Shown: positions 19,994 through 29,053, counted from the stretch's first letter. The stretch: DNA of 64,000 bases from an uncultured Verrucomicrobiae bacterium (GCA_963764165.1 CAVXRD010000001.1:1440001-1504000); one strand, 5' to 3'. Notes: generated by a model not told the origin, from the sequence alone. Numbers and translations: made by a program.

Positions 19994-20188
19994 GGTAGGG
20001 ACGCCTCGCCGAGGCGTCCGGGGACGTGGCGGTTTGTGGGCGTATAATTCGCGCTGAGGTCGGGGCAAGCCAAAAGATTTTTGTGCGGAGCGTTTGAAAG
20101 GAAGATAACGTTGGTAAACCGCAACGGCATCGGACGCCTCGGCCCGCCTTCGCCAAGGCTCTGGCGCGGTAAACGAGGCGTCCCTATC
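19994..20188. repeat. REP-like inverted pair; right member carries a 31-bp insert
   Basis: ggtagggacgcctcgccgaggcgtccg (19994-20020), then cggacgcctcggc[31 bp]gaggcgtccctatc (20131-20188). Confidence 0.82.
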
Positions 20189-20244
20189 TTAAACAGACGA
20201 ATCCCCTTGGAGACTGTCGCAAAAAGGATTATTAGAAATCCTGC

Positions 20245-22068
20245 GTGATGGATCTGGTCGATCTCAGTCTCAAGCGGGCAACCATTGGGAACTATAAAAG
20301 CATCAAGCGCGTCGAGTTGGATAACTTGAACAACCTCGTGCTGTTGATGGGCCGCAATAACGCGGGCAAATCCAATTGCCTTGACGCCTTCAAGTTTGTT
20401 TCGGAAGCCGCCATCAGTTTCGATCACGCCACCGCCGATCGCGGCAAGGGGCTTCTGGAAGTGGTGCATCGCAAGCGGGCGGAGGAGACGGTTGAATTTC
20501 TCTTTGAATTCACGCTTGCGCCAAAGCGGCGCGGCGAATTGATAAATCGCCTTTACACCGGCAATTCCCACGCCACAGCGGCGCAAGTTTTGCCATCTGC
20601 TTTTCTCACCAAGCTCCTGCTGAAGATTGCGATCACCAGCGATTCGTTTAGCGAAGAATTGGCCACCCCGAATCTTTCCGGCTCGAAGCCGTTCGTCATT
20701 TTCTCTGTCAAAGGAACAGCCTTCAGCGTCGAGGCGTTGTGCGGGCAATTGGAAGGGCTGTGCCGGCGATGCAGCGGCGAATTGCCGGACGAACCGCTCC
20801 GAATGGAAACCAATCCCGACCTCATCGCCCCCTATCGCCTGCGCCTGGGCCAGCCGGAAGGTTGCGCGGCCTTTCCCATTTCCCATGAAATTGCCGACGC
20901 CATTCATCAGCAATTCACCAACCTCGAATGGGCTGATCCGCTGCGGAAAGTGCCAAGCACTTCTCCGATCCTGGGCGAGCATCGATTGGCCGCGGACGTG
21001 TCTAATCTGCCGGATGTGCTGCATTGGCTCTACAACAACAAGCCCAAGCAATTTCGAAAAATTGAATCGGAAGTTTCCAAATTGGTTCCTGACCTCGGGA
21101 AACTTTACACCCCCACCATTCAAAACGAAGCGACGCTCGGCATGATCGACGACGCGGACGAAGACCTCGTCTACTCCATCGACCAGATGAGCTTTGGCAC
21201 GCGCTCGCTGGTGGCGATTGTGGCGAAAGTCGTATTGACAAAGCCGGGCGGCTGGGTCTGCGTCGAGGAGCCGGAAACGTATTTGCATCCGAAGGCGCAA
21301 ATCGGCCTGTTCCAATTTCTGCGCGAGGAATCGAAGTCAAAACGAATTTACATTGCGACGCATTCCACTTCCATCGCGGCTTCGTGCCCGCTGTCGTCGC
21401 TGTTTATCGTCCAGCGCGGGCCGGACAAGGCAACAGTCGTCGTGCCCGTCACGGCCAAAGAGGCGCCGGAAGTCATCGAGCAGCTTGGCGTGAAGCCTTC
21501 GTTCAGTTTCGAGTCGGACGCCATCGTGTTTGTCGAGCAGCCGGAGCATGTTCTGATTTTTGAGGCGTGGGCGCGCAAGTTCAACTTTCACATCCGAGTG
21601 CAGTTCCTCGATATGGAGGGCGCGAACACCTTGCACTATTATGCGAACACGCGCATCGCGATGAGCAGTTTCGTCCACACGCTCGTGTTCGCGGTGTTTG
21701 GAAACGGAAGCGACGCGGCCAGCCGCTGCCGCAAGCCGTTGATCGAGCGCCTGCAACTGCCGCCGGAGCAAGTCGTCACCACGGATTTTCCCGATCTCGA
21801 GGGTTACTTGCTGGACGCAAATTTGATCAAGAGCGCGTTCCCGTCCATTTCACTTTCGGCGCAGGATTTGGACACCAGGCTGTTGGCGGCCTTGACGTCG
21901 GCGGAACAGAAGAAGGCGCTCAATGAACTGCTCACCCAATTCCGCCTTGGAGAATATGATGGGAATGTGGGCGCGCGCCTCGCTTCGTTGATGGGAGAAA
22001 TTCCGCCGGCTATTCGCCAGCTTTTCGAGCTGCTCGACGCCAGCGCGAAGCCTTATTGGAAGATTTGA
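20245..22068 (+). CDS. ABC/AAA ATPase with OLD-family ATP-dependent nuclease architecture and a degenerate TOPRIM-like C-terminus
   Basis: IGNYKSI, Walker A GRNNAGKS, signature MSFGT, Walker B/D-loop VEEPETYLHP, IATHS; C-terminal IVFVE and DLEGYLLD. Confidence 0.8.
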   Translation: MMDLVDLSLKRATIGNYKSIKRVELDNLNNLVLLMGRNNAGKSNCLDAFKFVSEAAISFDHATADRGKGLLEVVHRKRAEETVEFLFEFTLAPKRRGELINRLYTGNSHATAAQVLPSAFLTKLLLKIAITSDSFSEELATPNLSGSKPFVIFSVKGTAFSVEALCGQLEGLCRRCSGELPDEPLRMETNPDLIAPYRLRLGQPEGCAAFPISHEIADAIHQQFTNLEWADPLRKVPSTSPILGEHRLAADVSNLPDVLHWLYNNKPKQFRKIESEVSKLVPDLGKLYTPTIQNEATLGMIDDADEDLVYSIDQMSFGTRSLVAIVAKVVLTKPGGWVCVEEPETYLHPKAQIGLFQFLREESKSKRIYIATHSTSIAASCPLSSLFIVQRGPDKATVVVPVTAKEAPEVIEQLGVKPSFSFESDAIVFVEQPEHVLIFEAWARKFNFHIRVQFLDMEGANTLHYYANTRIAMSSFVHTLVFAVFGNGSDAASRCRKPLIERLQLPPEQVVTTDFPDLEGYLLDANLIKSAFPSISLSAQDLDTRLLAALTSAEQKKALNELLTQFRLGEYDGNVGARLASLMGEIPPAIRQLFELLDASAKPYWKI

Positions 22069-22082
22069 TCGATTCTTGGAAA

Positions 22083-22170
22083 CCCATTGGTCCCATTATT
22101 CCCATCTCTATGGGAGGAATGGGGACCAAGGGGAATAATGGGACGGCTCGGCAGGAGCCTCGCCCTGCCA
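22083..22170. repeat. 9-bp-period TCCCAT/ATGGGA inverted repeat plus REP-like ggctcggcaggagcctcgccctgcc, copy 2
   Basis: Homologous to 5113-5198; also lies between convergent genes. Confidence 0.8.
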
Positions 22171-22174
22171 GCGT

Positions 22175-22513
22175 CTACAACGCTTCCGCGCCTTTCTCCT
22201 CGGTGCGAATGCGGACTGCGTCCTGAACCGACGTCACATATACTTTGCCATCACCGTTCTTTCCTGTCTTGGCGGCGCTGAGAATCGCATCCACTGCAGG
22301 CTGAACTTCGCTGTCTGCCAATACTAATTCCAGTTTGACTTTGGGCATCGACTCCGCGCTGTATTCCTTGCCTTCAAACATCTCGGTGCGGTCGTGATGG
22401 CGGTCAAATCCCGAAACCTCGCTGACCGTCATCCCGCTGATTCCAAGTTCAAACAATGCATCACGCACCTCGTCCAATTTGAACGGCTTGATGATGGCTT
22501 CGATTTTCTTCAT
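22175..22513 (-). CDS. P-II family nitrogen regulator (GlnB/GlnK-like, divergent)
   Basis: MKKIEAIIKPFKLDEV, GMTVSEV, PKVKLE, TGKNGDGKVYV, VRIRT; 112 aa. Confidence 0.92.
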   Translation of the reverse strand: MKKIEAIIKPFKLDEVRDALFELGISGMTVSEVSGFDRHHDRTEMFEGKEYSAESMPKVKLELVLADSEVQPAVDAILSAAKTGKNGDGKVYVTSVQDAVRIRTEEKGAEAL

Positions 22514-22570
22514 TCACTCCGGGCTGCAAAGACACGACTTGCGCGACTTGGTTTCCGGAATGAATTGATG

Positions 22571-22587
22571 AGCATTGAGAATGCCAG
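22571..22587 (-). promoter_or_regulatory. Putative sigma54 -24/-12 promoter of the P-II gene
   Basis: Minus strand CTGGCATTCTCAATGCT fits TGGCA...GG-N10-GC, about 57 bp upstream of the ATG. Confidence 0.6.
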
Positions 22588-22733
22588 AGAGATCAGAATT
22601 CCTAAATCGTGCGGGCATCCATTAGTTGATGCGATTGGAAAACAAATTTCTTGTCCGTCGTGACAAGGAAATCACGCAGAATGAGCAAATTTCGCCATCC
22701 TCCCACGCCAAAGCTACGGAGGACAGGGATGCC

Positions 22734-24512
22734 TTACGTTGTCACATGCTCAGGCTCGACCCATTTGCCGTGTTCCTGGATCAGGTCAACCAGTCGGTCA
22801 ACGGCTTCTTCCTCGGGAATGTTGAACTTCACCGGATTCTTGCCGACGTAAAGATTGATCTTGTTCGGCGCGCCGCCGACGTATCCGAAATCAGCGTCCG
22901 CCATTTCGCCGGGCCCGTTGACGATGCAGCCCATGATGGCGATTTTCACGCCTTTCAAATGCTGGGTGCGCGTTTTGATTCGCGCGGTCACGGTTTGCAG
23001 ATTGAAAAGCGTGCGTCCGCACGAAGGGCACGCGACGTAATCGGTCTTGAAACTCCGGCAACCTGCGGCCTGCAGTATATTGTAAGCAAGGCGCAGGCTT
23101 TGCCCGCCGCCTGCTTCGCCGCGAACCAAAATTGCGTCGCCGATCCCATCCGCCAGCAATGACCCGATCACCATCGCCGCGCGCAACAGCGCGATCTTCG
23201 GCTCCAGCGGCACCGGTTCAAATGTCAGGCAGTCCTTCAACAAAATTGGATTTGTTCGCCCGAGCCGTTTCAATTTCAACGCCAGCAGGCGGAACGCCGC
23301 AACCGGTGGAAGCGCGAGGTCATCCTTCACGGTGACAAGCTGCGTGTCGCAATTGATTTCAAAATCCTTGGTCGGGTCGATCTCGAAGATGTTCAAATCC
23401 TCGTAAACTCCCTCCGGGCGAACATCATCGCGCGGGCGGATTTTCGGCGCGACTTTTTCCCACGTCGCCCGCGTCACGACGACCCGCACCGTCTGCTGAC
23501 CGCCGCATTTGATTTGCTCGTTAAGCTGGATTTCCGGCGTCACCCGGCGGTCGAATGCGAAGGGCTCAAAGGGCCAATCCTTCTCAGAAAGCCCGGTGGC
23601 GTCCGCGCTGGTCAGCAACGGAACCTGCCCCAGCAAATCCGTGCAGACGGCGATTTCGTGCGGAGAATCCTCTGTCAACGAAACACGAATCGTGTCGCCG
23701 AGGCCGTCGCACAAGAGCGAGCCGATGCCGATGGCGCTCTTGATGCGCCCATCCTCGCCTTCGCCCGCTTCGGTGACGCCGAGGTGGATCGGATAATTCC
23801 AATCCGGCCCAAGCTCCTCCAATCGCGCCACCAGCATGCGGTAGCATTCGATCATGACCTTGGGATTGCTCGACTTCATCGAGAATTTGAAATTGTGAAA
23901 ATCGCAGGCGCGGGCGATGCGGGCAAATTCCAGCGCGCTCTCGACCATGCCGAGCGGCGTGTCGCCGTAACGGTTCATGATGCGGTCGCTCAAGGAGCCG
24001 TGATTGGTGCCGATGCGCATGGCGCGGCCCAATTGCTTGCAGAACAAAACCAGCGGCTTGAATTGCTCTTCGATGCGGACAAGTTCCGCGCCGTACTGGT
24101 CGTCACTGTATTCGCGAATGGCAAACTTCTTCTTGTCAGCGTAATTGCCGGGATTGACGCGCACCATCTCAACCCATTTGGCAGCTTCCATGGCGGCTTC
24201 GGGCTTGAAATGGATGTCGGCGACAATGGGCGTCAGGCAGCCGCGGGCGCGCAATTCGGCCACGATATTCCGCAAATTCGCGGCGTCTTTCACAGTGGGC
24301 GCGGTGATGCGCGTGATCTGGCAGCCGACGGCGGCGAGTTCGAGAGATTGCTTCACGCACTCGGCGGTATCCATCGTGTCGCAGGTGATCATGGATTGCT
24401 TCACGACTGGATGGCCGCCGCCGATGATGACGCCTCCGCGGGCTGGATCGCCCACGATGACTTCGCGGGTGTGGCGACGACGGTAAAGGAAGGGAGATTC
24501 GCAGTAACGCAT
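22734..24512 (-). CDS. ispG: 4-hydroxy-3-methylbut-2-en-1-yl diphosphate synthase (long form)
   Basis: QSM, ADIHF, RVNPGNY, RIGTNHGSLSDRI, HLGVTEAGEGEDGRIKS, ACPSCGRT, MGCIVNGPGE. Confidence 0.96.
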   Translation of the reverse strand: MRYCESPFLYRRRHTREVIVGDPARGGVIIGGGHPVVKQSMITCDTMDTAECVKQSLELAAVGCQITRITAPTVKDAANLRNIVAELRARGCLTPIVADIHFKPEAAMEAAKWVEMVRVNPGNYADKKKFAIREYSDDQYGAELVRIEEQFKPLVLFCKQLGRAMRIGTNHGSLSDRIMNRYGDTPLGMVESALEFARIARACDFHNFKFSMKSSNPKVMIECYRMLVARLEELGPDWNYPIHLGVTEAGEGEDGRIKSAIGIGSLLCDGLGDTIRVSLTEDSPHEIAVCTDLLGQVPLLTSADATGLSEKDWPFEPFAFDRRVTPEIQLNEQIKCGGQQTVRVVVTRATWEKVAPKIRPRDDVRPEGVYEDLNIFEIDPTKDFEINCDTQLVTVKDDLALPPVAAFRLLALKLKRLGRTNPILLKDCLTFEPVPLEPKIALLRAAMVIGSLLADGIGDAILVRGEAGGGQSLRLAYNILQAAGCRSFKTDYVACPSCGRTLFNLQTVTARIKTRTQHLKGVKIAIMGCIVNGPGEMADADFGYVGGAPNKINLYVGKNPVKFNIPEEEAVDRLVDLIQEHGKWVEPEHVTT

Positions 24513-24515
24513 GGT

Positions 24516-25955
24516 TCAATGAGCCCCTTGCGGAGCGGGAGCATTGGCCGGGGCTGGATGTTCCACCTGCTCCGCCGGCTCGATCTTGGTTTGACGATTG
24601 TAAAGCATCCGCAGCAACGGCAGCCGTTTGAGATCGAAAAAGGTGATGTAAAGCATCAGCGAAATCAGCAAGACGGCAAAAACGGTTGTCGTATATTCCA
24701 GGAACCGCACCTCCATCGGGCGGCGGCGTATTTTTTCGATGATCGCCATGACGATATGCCCGCCGTCAAGCACAGGAATCGGCAGCATGTTGAGAATGGC
24801 CAGGTTCAAATTGAGCATGACAAGGAAATGCAGGGCCAGGCGGTAATCGGATTTCACCTCGACGGCCAGCATGCTGGCGATGCCGACCGGACCAGCCAGA
24901 TCGCTGGCGCGCACGCCGCTTTGCCTCCAATGCACCAGCGCGGAAAACGTCCCCGCAAGCTGGCTCAAGACATCGCGCAACTGCTGCATCGGCAGCGGAT
25001 GTTCGATGGCGAAATGATCGGTGCCGGGCGCAAAGAAGAAGCCGATCACAAAGCTTTTCTCCCCGGGCTCCTTGGGATTTGAGTCGAGCACCGGCGTCAC
25101 TTCAAAAGCGACTTCCTTGTCGTTCCGTTTGACGACCATGGCCGTCGGCTTCCCGCCCCATTTTTGCACAAGGTTGGTAAATTGTTCGTGGCTGGTGATG
25201 AGCGCCCCGGCCAAGGACACGATTTCGTCTTTGGGTTTCAGGCCAGCTTTCTCCGCTGGCGAACCCGGCTTCACCTCTCCCACAATCAGATGATCCTTGG
25301 GGGCGAGGTTGAACATCTTGCCCAATCCTGGCGTGGACTCCGCGACGATCGTGTAATTATTCGAGGTGGCATCCCGGACAATCGTCACCTGAAACTGATT
25401 GGTCAGGGCAAGAATCGTAAAGTGGTAGATATCGTCCCATGATTTTACCGGTTTGCCGTCGATGGCCACGATTTTGTCATCTTCCTTGATCCCCATTTTT
25501 CCTTCTGGGGAGTCTGGATTCACGTAGCCAATGATCGGCGGGCTGACATGAACCGGCAAACCCACAAAATAAATCAGCCCCGCCAAGGCAAAAGCGAAGA
25601 TGACGTTCATGGCCGGGCCGGCGGCTGCCACGAGAATCTTGGACAGCGCGGAAACCGGAGGAAGGATCTCGGTCTCCAGCGATTCCGAGGGCTTCGGTCC
25701 GCCCTCAAGCGCCGCGGACGTAATCATTTGCGGCAATTTGACAAACCCGCCCGCCGGAATCCACCGCAGCGAATAAAGTATATTATTCTTCGTCCACGAA
25801 AAAATCGGCGGCCCGAAGCCGATGGCAAACTCCTCGACCTTCAAGCCCCGTCGGCGCGCGACCCAGTAATGGCCGAACTCATGCACAAAGATGGCCGCCC
25901 CGAAGAGGAAAACGACCCCTACGGCGATGTATAAGTAACTTAATATCTGGCTCAT
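24516..25955 (-). CDS. rseP: RIP metalloprotease RseP (M50, two PDZ domains)
   Basis: HEFGH, FAIGFG, AGPAMN, NMLPIPVLDGGH; directly upstream of ispG. Confidence 0.93.
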   Translation of the reverse strand: MSQILSYLYIAVGVVFLFGAAIFVHEFGHYWVARRRGLKVEEFAIGFGPPIFSWTKNNILYSLRWIPAGGFVKLPQMITSAALEGGPKPSESLETEILPPVSALSKILVAAAGPAMNVIFAFALAGLIYFVGLPVHVSPPIIGYVNPDSPEGKMGIKEDDKIVAIDGKPVKSWDDIYHFTILALTNQFQVTIVRDATSNNYTIVAESTPGLGKMFNLAPKDHLIVGEVKPGSPAEKAGLKPKDEIVSLAGALITSHEQFTNLVQKWGGKPTAMVVKRNDKEVAFEVTPVLDSNPKEPGEKSFVIGFFFAPGTDHFAIEHPLPMQQLRDVLSQLAGTFSALVHWRQSGVRASDLAGPVGIASMLAVEVKSDYRLALHFLVMLNLNLAILNMLPIPVLDGGHIVMAIIEKIRRRPMEVRFLEYTTTVFAVLLISLMLYITFFDLKRLPLLRMLYNRQTKIEPAEQVEHPAPANAPAPQGAH

Positions 25956-26174
25956 TCAACAACCCGCCTTGAGGGCAAGCACTTCAATCTAATGGGACAG
26001 CCGCCAGATGGCAACATCACTCTAATTTCACTTTTCTCCGTCGACCGGATAAGCTAAACCCATTGGGTTCCTCGCCATTTTCGGTGCAATGAGACAACTC
26101 GTTAGCCGTCATTGCGGGACAACCCATTTGGAATCCAGGCTTGGCACTGGCTTGGCCAAAGCTCGGTATAGCGT

Positions 26175-26275
26175 ATGATCTCGAAAAAGGGGCAACACCC
26201 GCTACACGGTTGACCATCAACGAGATAAGGGGCAACAAAAATAGCAACAAACCCGCAACAGACCCGCAACATTTC
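26175..26275 (+). repeat. Hexamer-array element A (5x GCAACA + 1x GCTACA around a TTGA-N3-TCAA core)
   Basis: Homologous to 53661-53758; the first ~65 bp align without gaps. Confidence 0.75.
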
Positions 26276-26520
26276 TTCCCGCGCTGTCGGGTTGCATGAA
26301 ACGCGGCGTCTTTCCGTCGTTCCCTGAAAATTTTCATCAAGATGCCTGCACCATCATTGTTCCATTGAAAACAGCGAGGAACCCAACAAAAAGGGTCGGC
26401 ACGGGTGATTCGGAGGGTCTGCATTGGCGCTGGGCCTATTCAATGCGGGGATCTGGAATTATCGGCACGGCGTCGCGAGACTAGCACCAGTGCTTTTAGG
26501 ATCACAGCTCCAGTATCACC

Positions 26521-26560
26521 TAATCGCACCTAATCGCAGTAAATCGCACCCAATCGCACC
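26521..26560 (+). repeat. 10-bp tandem repeat x4 (nAATCGCAcc)
   Basis: taatcgcacc taatcgcagt aaatcgcacc caatcgcacc. Confidence 0.85.
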
Positions 26561-26628
26561 CCTTTTTAATAAAATGAATCGAGACCCGAACCGCATGTGT
26601 GCCATTGACTTCCATTCGCCCTCATCCA

Positions 26629-28614
26629 ATGCTTGAACCACGCGTGAGACGTTTTCGATTTGCTTTCGGTATCGCTGGGGGTATCGTCTTCCTCGCTGGC
26701 GCGCAGGCGGACGCGCAAACGGTAACCATCGATACGTCCCCAGCGGGATTGCGCCAGATCATTGATGGCTTCGGAACTTGCCAATCTGGAGCCGAGGCGA
26801 TTCAAACCACGTGGTGGACAAACCTCTATTTCGGCGATCTTCAAGCGTCCATGCTGCGGATGGATCTTTCGCCGTCGTTTATTTCGCCGTATTCGGATAA
26901 TTCCTACAATTCCCCCGGCTACGGGAATCCCGGCCCCGGCGGCAATTACGTCCGCGCCTACACCAACGCCGCCAACTATACGAATATCTTCAACGGCAGC
27001 CAGAGCAGGATTGCGGTGATGGGGCCGAACATTGACTCGAACATTGCCTATTTCAATTTCACCGCCAGCGGCAGCGGGCAGCAAGTGGCCGGGTTGACCG
27101 CGCAGGCCGGGAAGGCGGCGGTCACCGCGCTGGGCGATTTCAAGTTATTCGGCTCGTTCTGGTCGCCGATGCCGTGGGTGAAGATGACCGATGGAAATAC
27201 ATATCAGGGCGGCGGCGCAGGACTGCCGGCGGATGGCGCGCCGTTCCCGTTCATCTGGCTGGGGAATTTCGCGGGCGGCATGTTTGACACATCGGGCACA
27301 CCGCTTCCGCAGTTTGACGATTCCGCGCTAGGCGGCACGGGGCCGACCAGCGCATTGACACAATTTGCCCGCGCCACCGCCGCTGAATTGCGCGGATTTC
27401 AAAATGCCTACGGCGTGCCGTTTTACGCCATCAGCCTGCAAAATGAATTGGACTTCGATGAGTTCTACAACAGTTGCTTTTATCCGCTTGGGGCGGGATA
27501 TGTCGCGGTGCTCAAGGCGGTTCGCGCGGAATTGGATCAGTATCCTGATCTCGCCGGCATCAAAATCATGGGGCCGGAGGATGTGCTTTCCGGCGGCGCC
27601 TACGGCATGTGGCAATACCGGAGCGGCAGCACGGAGGCGGATAAGAATCTGCAATTCCTCCAAGACGTGGCCGCTGATCCGGCTGCCGCCGCGGCGGAAT
27701 CGTTCTTCTGCATTCACGGTTACGACAGCGATGGAGTCAGCGCCGCCGCGGCGACGCCCACGCAATGGGATTGGTGGGTGAACGGCTGGGGCGCAAGTCC
27801 CGGCCCCGGCATTCCGAACAACGTTTCTGGCATCGCGGCCTACGGCAAGAAATCGTGGATGACCGAAACGTCCGGCGAAGACACGACATGGCTGAGTCCC
27901 TCTACCGGATTTCCCGGCAACGGCGCATGGAGCATTGCGTTGCGCATCCAGCAAGCGCTGACCGCCGGAAAAGAAAGCGCATGGGCCTACTGGCAAATGA
28001 CGGATGGAAGCCCCGTCGGCTCAGAAACGCTCACCGATTCGTCCACCCTGACGAATTCGCCCAAATACGTGGCAGTCAAACATTTTTTTCGCTACATTCG
28101 CCCCAATTCAATTTGTGTCAACACGGCTGTGACCGGGGCGTCCGCGCTGACTGCCTGCGCCTTCTGGCATCCGACCAACGGCACAATGACCATGGTCCTG
28201 ATCAACGCCACGAATACGCCTGCACAAGCCACGATTCAATCCCCGGCGAATCCTGTTGGCATTACTTCATGGCAAACTTATACCTCAAGCTCGGGAAGCT
28301 ATTGGCAGTCTTCGACAAATTCGATCACCAATGGAAATGCCACCGTCAATGTGCCCGGCTACGGAGTAGTGACGTTATACGGAATGTCCCCGCCGAAGCT
28401 AACGGCGAGCCTGTCAACAAATGGCGCGATAAACCTCGCGTGGCCGCCGAGCGCGAATGGGTTCCAATTGCAATTTACGACCAATTTATCGTCCCATTCT
28501 TGGTCGGCAGTGCCTGCGGGACTTCTCGCAACCAACGGAATAACCAACGGACTTGTCAGTGCAAGTGTCGCCCAAGCTGCTCGGCCCGGATTCTATCGGC
28601 TGAAGATGCCCTGA
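26629..28614 (+). CDS. Secreted clan GH-A glycoside hydrolase, GH30-like, with C-terminal beta domain
   Basis: Signal peptide ending AQA/ADA, QIIDGFG, YAISLQNE (acid/base), HGY, WMTETS (nucleophile), AWAYW, KHFFRYIRP. Start at 26599 is also possible. Confidence 0.78.
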   Translation: MLEPRVRRFRFAFGIAGGIVFLAGAQADAQTVTIDTSPAGLRQIIDGFGTCQSGAEAIQTTWWTNLYFGDLQASMLRMDLSPSFISPYSDNSYNSPGYGNPGPGGNYVRAYTNAANYTNIFNGSQSRIAVMGPNIDSNIAYFNFTASGSGQQVAGLTAQAGKAAVTALGDFKLFGSFWSPMPWVKMTDGNTYQGGGAGLPADGAPFPFIWLGNFAGGMFDTSGTPLPQFDDSALGGTGPTSALTQFARATAAELRGFQNAYGVPFYAISLQNELDFDEFYNSCFYPLGAGYVAVLKAVRAELDQYPDLAGIKIMGPEDVLSGGAYGMWQYRSGSTEADKNLQFLQDVAADPAAAAAESFFCIHGYDSDGVSAAAATPTQWDWWVNGWGASPGPGIPNNVSGIAAYGKKSWMTETSGEDTTWLSPSTGFPGNGAWSIALRIQQALTAGKESAWAYWQMTDGSPVGSETLTDSSTLTNSPKYVAVKHFFRYIRPNSICVNTAVTGASALTACAFWHPTNGTMTMVLINATNTPAQATIQSPANPVGITSWQTYTSSSGSYWQSSTNSITNGNATVNVPGYGVVTLYGMSPPKLTASLSTNGAINLAWPPSANGFQLQFTTNLSSHSWSAVPAGLLATNGITNGLVSASVAQAARPGFYRLKMP

Positions 28615-28630
28615 CGACCAACTGCTTTTG

Positions 28631-29053
28631 TCACGCAGATGGAGATGATTCCTCAACCCTGATTTCAATCGGCACCTTAAGTTTTTTGAGACATGAAACT
28701 ATTGAAAAAAAACGCAAACGTTGGAAGACATAGTCAATTTCCACGCGCTTCCCTTCGGCGTAGAGCTCATTCAACTCCCTCGTGTTCGCGTAACGGAGCC
28801 AAGTAGTTTCTTTGCCGTCTTCCCCTAACATGACAAATACTTCGGGTCCGTGCCAGCAGCCCTCGCGCAGTTTAACAATCGTCCCGGCAATACGAAACGT
28901 GCGCAATTTGCCAAGTTTGATTTTCTGCCACCATTCGTCAGAGCCAAATAGTCCATGTGTTCTCGCATATCCCAATCTTAAAGTTGACAGGGTCGCTCGC
29001 TGCGCCGACTGAATGCCGCGCTCGTCCTTGCTTAGTTGGTAGACCGGTATCAC
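28631..29053 (-). CDS. Hypothetical protein
   Basis: GTG start overlaps the upstream TGA (GTGA at 29050-29053); lower GC; 140 aa. Confidence 0.6.
   Translation of the reverse strand: MIPVYQLSKDERGIQSAQRATLSTLRLGYARTHGLFGSDEWWQKIKLGKLRTFRIAGTIVKLREGCWHGPEVFVMLGEDGKETTWLRYANTRELNELYAEGKRVEIDYVFQRLRFFSIVSCLKKLKVPIEIRVEESSPSA

Noticed and set aside
19381..21315. 644-aa ORF on the minus strand
   Set aside because: Antisense to the peroxidase and ATPase genes and runs through REP repeats.
23514..25082. 522-aa plus-strand ORF and similar long antisense ORFs (5283-6344, 10798-12141)
   Set aside because: Shadows of well-supported genes on the opposite strand.
26175..26560. Possible CRISPR array
   Set aside because: Units are only 6-10 bp, there are no unique 30-40-bp spacers, and no cas genes are present.
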